Source of the DNA: a virus
IMG/VR virus record: IMGVR_UViG_3300027857_000001
Span: 1-64,000 of that record
Direction: 5' to 3' (one strand)
Length of the DNA stretch: 64,000 bases
The notes below the pieces were generated by a model. The model saw only the letters and a list, made by a program, of their open reading frames with translations, was not told where the DNA came from and ran no database searches. Shown one piece after another: positions 57,357 through 64,000 of the stretch. Made by a program: the position numbers and the translations under genes. Positions within the stretch are counted from its first letter, which is position 1. Every line of letters starts with the position of its first letter.

Positions 57357-57680
57357 TCACCGCGGACTCCTCCCGGCGCCTGCGACGGCGGCCAGCTCGC
57401 GCGCCACCCTGCCGCTCACGAGGTCGGCAGGACGCCACGTATCAGCGTCGGCGCCAGCAGCCCTGAGGGTCCGCTGCCATGCCTCCTGCGCGGCTGTGAG
57501 CCGTCCCGTGGCGCTCTTGAGCTCGCGGAACATGACTCCGCCGCCCCCGGCGAAAACCCAGTCGGGGAAGCCGCTGGGGCTCCGCCGCGAGTCGTGCGTG
57601 TGGTAGCCGAGGATCAGCCCGAGCGGGGCCAGGTCCTGGAGGATCTGGCGTACGTGCCGCTCAAGCTGAAGCTCGGACAT
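57357..57680 (-). CDS. VRR-NUC nuclease
   Basis: YHTHDSRRSPSGFPDWV...FRELKSATGRLTAAQEAW...WRPAD. Confidence 0.85.
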   Translation of the reverse strand: MSELQLERHVRQILQDLAPLGLILGYHTHDSRRSPSGFPDWVFAGGGGVMFRELKSATGRLTAAQEAWQRTLRAAGADADTWRPADLVSGRVARELAAVAGAGRSPR

Positions 57681-58700
57681 GGAACCGGCCGGGGGCACGC
57701 TCACCGCCGCTTCCCCGCAGCTCAGATGCGCACCCCCAGCCGGAGCAGCATCCCCGTGCTGGCCTCCGGTGACGGCAGGGATGCCACCAGAGGCCAGGCG
57801 CCGGGTCCCCGCGGCCAGAGGGCCTGGCTCCGGTCGCGGGGACTTCTGAGCGCGGCGGGTCGGGGGGGAACCGGACGATTCCGCCGCGCGGTCTGAGGTG
57901 GCCACGCCAGGTCCGCTGGGGGGCGACAGTCCTGGCGTGGCCGTGCCCGGGCCGCGGTCCCGGGCAGCACGGCGAGGGGAAACGGGGGCATCCCCTGCCG
58001 CGCGGTCTGTGGATGATGCGGTCATGTCGCTGACCTCGCCTGCTCGCTGGCCCTGCGGATGGCCATCTCGGCTGTGTCGGCGACGAGCTTCACCGCGCGC
58101 CTGATGTCGTCCGGCGCCCCCGGGTAAAGCCATTGCGGCAGGCTCCTGCCGTCCATGTCGCGGCCGGTGAAGATCAGCACCGGGCGGGTAACCCCGGCGA
58201 CGGGCACCATCGCGGCCTTGACGACGAGCTGGGCGACGAGAACCGTGTCCTCCCCGAACATGTCCGCATGGCTGACCGGCTCAGGGAACTCGATCGTCGG
58301 CATGTTGAAACGCTGGCCTTGTGCATGCAGGGCGTCGAGCACCCGCTTAGCCGGGGCACACAGCAGCAGGTCGCCGTGGTGCTGCTCGCAGTAGCGGCAC
58401 GAGATCATGGTCACGGCGCTCCGCCGGTCCTGCGCGCCAGGGCCGCGTCCCTCATCGCCTGGCCGTGCCTCGTGCAGTCCGGGCAGAAACGGTCAGCGCA
58501 CTGCACCCCCGGCCCGCATACCGATTCCTCGATGGCGCGGGCTATCTCCTCGGCGACAGCGGCACGGAGGGCGGCCGCCCCTGCGTGCTGCGGTTGCGTC
58601 GCCCGGCCTCCGCTCAGCACGCTGCCTTCACCGTCCACGGTCACCTGGGTCCCGTGGGGGAAGGTGAAGGTCACCTCCTGGTCAGCGCCCGTGCCCGTAC

Positions 58701-59096
58701 TCATGTCCGCCCCTCCCGCATCCCGGCGATGTGATCGCGCCGCGCCGCCACAGCCGCCCGGTAGCCCGCTGCGACCTCGAACGGCTGCCCCGGTGCGCAC
58801 GTCTCGCAGGTGACCTCCCAGGCCCGCCGGAGCGTCACGACATGCGGCGGCGAGAGCGGCATCCGCAGCCCTGGCAGGTCATCGGGCTGGACCAGGTCGG
58901 CCAGGTTCAGGTTCACCAGGGCTGCGATGACCGCGAGCCGCGAGATGCTCATGTCCTGGCGGCCGGCCTCAAGGTTGGCGATGGAGGACCGCTTGAGCCC
59001 GACCTGCTGTGCGAGCTGGTCCTGGGTCAGGTCCGCACTCCGGCGTGCAGCCCTGATCCGCTGCCCGATGCGCTGGTGCAGGAGCGTGTCATCCAT
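58701..59096 (-). CDS. XRE HTH protein
   Basis: IGQRIRAARRSADLTQDQLAQQVGLKRSSIANLEAGRQ. Confidence 0.85.
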   Translation of the reverse strand: MDDTLLHQRIGQRIRAARRSADLTQDQLAQQVGLKRSSIANLEAGRQDMSISRLAVIAALVNLNLADLVQPDDLPGLRMPLSPPHVVTLRRAWEVTCETCAPGQPFEVAAGYRAAVAARRDHIAGMREGRT

Positions 59097-60388
59097 CGCG
59101 CTGCTCCCGCTTCCACCCGGCGCGCAGGACAGCGCGGGCAATCTCCCCTGCGGCGGGCCCGGAAGCGGAATGCCAGTCCGGGGTGCCCTGGATGATCGCC
59201 CTCGTCAGCTCCTCGACCTCAGCCGGGTCCGGATCGGACTCGGCCTCGTCGGCGAGGGCCGCGAGATCAGCAGCGACACGGCGGAGCACGTCAGGCTCAT
59301 AGAGCGTCCCGGTCTGGATGCCGCCGTGAACCCGGGTGGCATCCACACCGGAACCGGGCCGGATCGTGAATGTCACGCCCTCGAACACGAGCGAGGCACG
59401 GGGATGCTCGGGCCGGTCCAGGATGACCGGTGCGGGCAGCCCCGCTGCCTGGTACAAGCAGGCTGCGATCACCGGGAAATCGGCCGGCGCGATGCATACT
59501 CCTGCTCCGGTGTGCCTGAGCAGGACAGAGCCATCTCCTTCGCTCAAGAACGTCAGCTCGTCCCCGTCGGCATCGGTGAACCTGGGACCGCTCACGGGAC
59601 ACGCTCCTCGCTGCTGTCCTTGACTGCGTCCTGCCCGGCCTCGCGGTCGTCCAGGACCTCTCTGAGCGGCGTATGGCCGTGCTTCACGATCGCCGCGATG
59701 ACCAGCAGCGTCGCCGCAGCAGCCAGGAACCCGGCCAGCAGGTGGCTGCGCATCCCGCCGGTCATCATGCCTGCGCCGAAAGCCAAGAACGTCCACAGCG
59801 CCCGGGTGCTGGCCCTGTGCGAGCGCGGGAGAGAGCGGTACTCCGGGGAGAGGACCACCGAGCCGACGACGACCAGCGCGGCCGCCGCGATTGCCAGGCA
59901 CGCGCCGTAGATCCCGGGCTGGAGAGCGTTCATCGGAGACCGCCCGTGGCGACCTGCGTAGCGGGAGCGTACTCCCTGAGGTAGGCGTCAGCGAGGTCCG
60001 CCGCGTACCTGATGCACGGCGGGTCGTCACACAAGCCGAGCCGGAGGATGCCGTTCTCGGTCCGGGCGCCCGCCGCATCTCTGGCCAGCGTGTCGAGCCA
60101 TCCGGCCAGGACCAGGTGCCACGTGGGCGCGCCGGGATCGCGCAGCAGGCTCGCGGCCCGGGCGACCGGCCCGGCTGGGGCCGGCACGGAGTCAGCCACC
60201 GGAAACCCCTGTCAGGTAGTGAGCGGCGGCGACCAGGAAGGCGATCATCGCCACGTCGATGAGGAGCCCAGTCGCCACGCCCGCCTTAGCTGGGGCATTG
60301 TCCGGCCACGCGGCACGGCAGCGGAGGATCGCGCCCGCCCCGTACCAGAGCGCAGCGAGGTAGACGATGATGCCGAGGGTGTGGGGGC

Positions 60389-61171
60389 TCATGACGGCAG
60401 CTCCGCAGGGGTGGCAGGGAACTCCCTGATTCGCAGGTCTTCGGGCCAGCGATGCCAGTCGCCGCCCTTCGGCCCGGCGCCGAGCTGGCGGCCGAGGACC
60501 GATCCGAGTTGCTTGCAGAAGAACGGGATCTCCCACTCGGCGCACACAGCGTGCAGCTCCCGGAGCCATCTGAGTTCGCAGCGGCGAGCCCCCCGTCCCG
60601 ACTCGCCTCCGGCGACTACCCAGCTGATGCCCGACAGGTCGACGTCGCCGAGCGGGCCGATCAGCGGTTCGCAGGAGAGCCAGCGCACCTCGGCAGGAAC
60701 GGTCTGGAGCTGGTGGACGCGGCCGAGTTCGGATCCGTCCTCGACCGATACGCCCATCCACAGGTTCGGCGGCCAGTCCAGTTTCTCAGCGATCCTCGGC
60801 AGCCGGGATGCTCGCTTCGTGAGCACCTGATAGGTGTGCTGCGGAGTCTCCCAGATCACCGCGAACACCTGCTGCACGAAGTCAAGCGGGACCCTCGCGT
60901 GGAACAGGTCGCTCATTGAGTTCACGAACACCAGCCGACGGCCGGACCACGTGAACGGTGTACCGAGCGTGTCCGGGTGAAGGGTCAAGCCGAAACCCGG
61001 ACCCGACGTGCGCGGATCACCGTCTTTCTGGTACTTCGGCGACCCCATGGCCTTCAGACGGCGGGCTAGTTCCAGCGCGTAGCAGTTATCGCAGCCTGCC
61101 GAAATCCGGTCGCAGCCAGTCGTCGGGTTCCATGTGACCTGCGTCCACTCGATCTTGCTGCCGTCGCTCAT
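60389..61171 (-). CDS. DUF5131 (Gp37/Gp68-like) protein
   Basis: IEWTQVTWNPTTGCDRISAGCDNCYA, FVNSMSDLFH, YQVLTKR, WLSCEPL, WVVAGGESG, FFCKQLG. Confidence 0.92.
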   Translation of the reverse strand: MSDGSKIEWTQVTWNPTTGCDRISAGCDNCYALELARRLKAMGSPKYQKDGDPRTSGPGFGLTLHPDTLGTPFTWSGRRLVFVNSMSDLFHARVPLDFVQQVFAVIWETPQHTYQVLTKRASRLPRIAEKLDWPPNLWMGVSVEDGSELGRVHQLQTVPAEVRWLSCEPLIGPLGDVDLSGISWVVAGGESGRGARRCELRWLRELHAVCAEWEIPFFCKQLGSVLGRQLGAGPKGGDWHRWPEDLRIREFPATPAELPS

Positions 61172-61739
61172 GCCGCACGACCGATCGGCGTTACGGCCTG
61201 CTCGCTGCCGCCCTGATCCGCAGCCGCGTCAGGTGCGCTGGCACCCGCCGTATTCTTTGCCCGGCCGGTACGCCGCGGGGCCGCCGGCGACGAGAGCTTC
61301 ACGCGCCCGAAGAACAGCAGCGACCAGGCAGCGGCGATGATGGCCAGGTCCACGATGCCGCGCACCAGGATGTCCAGCTCAGGGGGGCTCACCGCCGGCC
61401 CCCGTTTGCGAGCGCAAGTGCCGCATCTTCGTGCCGCCGCCACGCGCGGTAGTCCCGCTCGTCGCGGTAACGCCGCAGGCGGAACAGGGCAAAGGCGGCG
61501 GTGACCAGGAGGGCCGGGACGCCGGCCGTGATAAGGGTCGGGGTCACCGCTCGCCACCGCCTTCAAGCCGGGCGTAGGCTCTGACCGCAGCGACGAGGCG
61601 CGCCACGGTAACGACGGCCAGGATGATCACGCAGGCCGCCACGACGAGCCCGAGGAGCGCGAGGCCCCAGACCCACACCGGGTAGTCGGGGATCATGTCG
61701 CCCTCACGATCCTCGGCCCTGCCTCGTTCAGGCACGCGG

Positions 61740-62288
61740 TCATCCCGTACCACCCGTGACGGCGTCGAAAATATCTCTCACGAGCCTCGCGTCAGCGAGC
61801 GCGGTATGGGCCTCGTAGGCGGCCGGGTCGATGCCCATCACGCTTGCGGCATCAGCGAGCTTGAGCGGGAACGGCAGACGGCGTCCTTGCGCAGCGGCCC
61901 AGCCGCGCACGAGACTCCCGGCGTCCTGAAGGTGGTAGTCCCACGCCGGGCACTGCCCGTTCGCCCGCAGGAACATGTCCAGAAAACTTGTGTCGAACGC
62001 CGGGTTCGCGGCGGCGATCATCGCGCCGGCTGTCAGCGACGCGACGGTCCCGGCAACGCAGGCCGGTTCCGCCCACTCCAGCGGGGAAAGCTCGGCGAGG
62101 CGCTGATAGTACCGGTTGACCCTCAGCGCGCCAGGATCGGCGGCGGCGACGTCCGGCTCGATCAGCCAGGTGAACTCCGAATCCTCGCGACCCGTGCTGT
62201 CGTCCCGGATGATGACGGCGATCTCCCACAGGTCGTGGCGAGCCGGATCGGTCCCGGTGGTTTCACAGTCGGTGAAGGCGAGTCTCAC
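61740..62288 (-). CDS. DEDDh 3'-5' exonuclease
   Basis: DCETTG, NPAFD, HTALADA. Confidence 0.85.
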   Translation of the reverse strand: MRLAFTDCETTGTDPARHDLWEIAVIIRDDSTGREDSEFTWLIEPDVAAADPGALRVNRYYQRLAELSPLEWAEPACVAGTVASLTAGAMIAAANPAFDTSFLDMFLRANGQCPAWDYHLQDAGSLVRGWAAAQGRRLPFPLKLADAASVMGIDPAAYEAHTALADARLVRDIFDAVTGGTG

Positions 62289-62761
62289 GCCGGGGCCTCC
62301 TTGCGGAAACGGCCACTGATCTCGTCGCGGGACCGGCCGTCGCCCGGGTCGGCACCGACGCGGCTGGAGGGGATCGCGGCAGCGCCGCCGGTCCTGCGCG
62401 AGGCCAGGAACGCCCGCACCTCGCCGGCACGGAACTCCCACCGGCCGGACGCCGTCCTGGACGCGGCGAGCTTCCCGTCGCTCGCCCACCGCTGAGCAGT
62501 CGACACATCAACCCCCGCGAAGCGCGCCACCTGACGGCTCGTGAGCGTAACGTCACCGTCCGGGCAGACGGCGGCGGCACGCGGGACGGCCGTCCCGCCG
62601 AGGAGCGCGTTCACCTCACCGGCCCGGTACCGCCGGTGTCCTCCGGGGGTGCGGAAGCTGGCGATCTTGCCCCTGTCCGCCCACCGCGTCACGGTCTTCG
62701 GATCGACCCGGAACAGGCGGGCGACCTCGCCGGGCGTGTAGGCCTCATCGCTATCGTTCAT
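62285..62761 (-). CDS. Tandem BldC-like (MerR-type) DNA-binding protein
   Basis: YTPGEVARLFRVDPKTVTRWADRGKIASFRTPGGHRRYRAGEV, then a second copy LTSRQVARFAGVDVSTAQRWASDGKLAASRTASGRWEFRAGEV. Confidence 0.85.
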   Translation of the reverse strand: MNDSDEAYTPGEVARLFRVDPKTVTRWADRGKIASFRTPGGHRRYRAGEVNALLGGTAVPRAAAVCPDGDVTLTSRQVARFAGVDVSTAQRWASDGKLAASRTASGRWEFRAGEVRAFLASRRTGGAAAIPSSRVGADPGDGRSRDEISGRFRKEAPA

Positions 62762-63381
62762 GCAGCGCCTCCGGGTCTTCCCCTCCAGCGCCGAATCAGC
62801 GCGCAGTGGATGATGCAGTACCTGTCGGGCCGGATCAGCGTCCAGAACCTCAGCGACGGCGGGCACCGGTAGTCAGGCGGCTCCCACCCGCAAGTGCAGG
62901 CGTGAGTCGAGGTCTCCCGGATGCCGCAGGCAGTGACCAGCGTCATGGCTGCCTCCCGTCCAGCGGGCCGAACACGATCTCATCGCCGAAGTTCGTGTAC
63001 CAGCGCGGGCGGAGCCGGCGCTGCGGCCGGCGGCCAGCGGACGAGACCGGCCGGGTGTCAGGCTCGCCGTGATGTTCCCTTGCTGCGGATTCCCAGAGCA
63101 GGTCCGGCGGCGTGGCGTCGGGACGCGGGAGGCGAACGGGGCGCCTGATCAGGCTCATCGCCGGTCATCCTCGCCGGAGTCCCTGACCGTCGCGCACTCA
63201 TGGCCCCACGCCCACTGCACCAGGTCGCCGAGCAAGGCCGTCATGTCAGCGCCGCCGTCGCGGCGGAAGGTGAACGGGCCGCTGGCCTCCCCGCATGCAC
63301 AGGTGACCTTCACGGGCTGGGTGAACTCCTGGGACTCGTCGTCGAGCCCTGCGACGCGGAAGCCGGCCAGGGCGCTGAACC

Positions 63382-63888
63382 TCACGGCGCGCCTGCCTTC
63401 AGCGCCTGGATCGTCGCGGCTGCTGCTTCTGGATGCCGAGGAGGCTCCGTCGTGTAGCCGCCGTACCTGTCAAGCCGCAACGTCGCGCTGACGATGAGCA
63501 CGGAGACCTCTGCCGGTTTGTCGCTGCCGCGGACGAGCCAGCCGGCGTCGCGGGCATCCGCTGGATGGGCATGCACCCATCCGTGACACCCGGTAGTCCC
63601 GGTCCCGCAGAGTGTAAGGAGGTTCTGGAGCTCGTTCCGGCCGCTCTGGCTGCGCCGCTTGCGGTGATGGATGCTGTACGCCCTGTCCGTGATGTCGGCG
63701 CCGCAGCGGACGCACGCGTAACCGTCACGTTCCAGCACGGTCAGGCGCATCTTCGCGTCGGGCCCGGGGTCACGGCTGCGGCGGAGCGGGATTACCGGGA
63801 TGCCTGCATCTGGCGGAGCGGACTTCCGCCACGGTGAGCGCTTCAGCCCCGCACTGCGGTTCAGGGTGCTGTTCCAGATCCGGGCCAT
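63382..63888 (-). CDS. HNH endonuclease
   Basis: CVRC...IHHRKRRSQSGRNELQNLLTLCG...CHGWVH. Confidence 0.88.
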   Translation of the reverse strand: MARIWNSTLNRSAGLKRSPWRKSAPPDAGIPVIPLRRSRDPGPDAKMRLTVLERDGYACVRCGADITDRAYSIHHRKRRSQSGRNELQNLLTLCGTGTTGCHGWVHAHPADARDAGWLVRGSDKPAEVSVLIVSATLRLDRYGGYTTEPPRHPEAAAATIQALKAGAP

Positions 63889-64000
63889 CAGGTCGCCACC
63901 CCTAGCTCGATAGCAACCTCGTGCATGCACCAGATGACCCGTGACCCGGACGGGCACGTCCAGGCGTGCCAGGACGTGCAGTAGTGCCCGTCGTATGAAG

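Noticed and set aside
1-64000. Hundreds of long Arg/Pro/Gly-rich alternative-frame ORFs in the track
   Set aside because: Shadow ORFs expected at ~70% GC; they overlap better-supported genes and lack motifs.

Overview
High-GC actinobacterial temperate phage genome segment, apparently in the excised (attP) form. Left arm (+ strand): C-terminal part of the tape measure protein, a large tail protein and a lysis cassette with a GH25 endolysin. A convergent cluster of four glycosyltransferases and methyltransferases follows. The 15-28.7 kb accessory region resolves into two related cargo transposons in opposite orientation (A 15038-21797, B 23079-28711). Each is bounded by CTAG-GAGGG...GCGAAAC terminal inverted repeats and carries a DDE transposase, an ATPase/XRE-DUF5753/DUF397 triad and variable TA/defence-like cargo. 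A appears to sit inside the left end of a TnpB element and B immediately outside its right end, where it rewrites the TnpB guide. B also carries an unusual tRNA-like gene. Next come a mosaic of gene shards (including cas1 and a Cas12m-like N-terminus), the xis/repressor/integrase module, an attP core matching the 3' half of tRNA-Pro(CGG), and a 16-repeat CRISPR array with Cas12m-type repeat architecture but no intact cas gene in the window. The right arm (- strand) holds typical small early/replication genes, two DNA methyltransferases, a second IS605/TnpB element, and BldG-like and BldC-like regulators. All family assignments come from motif recognition by eye; no database searches were run.
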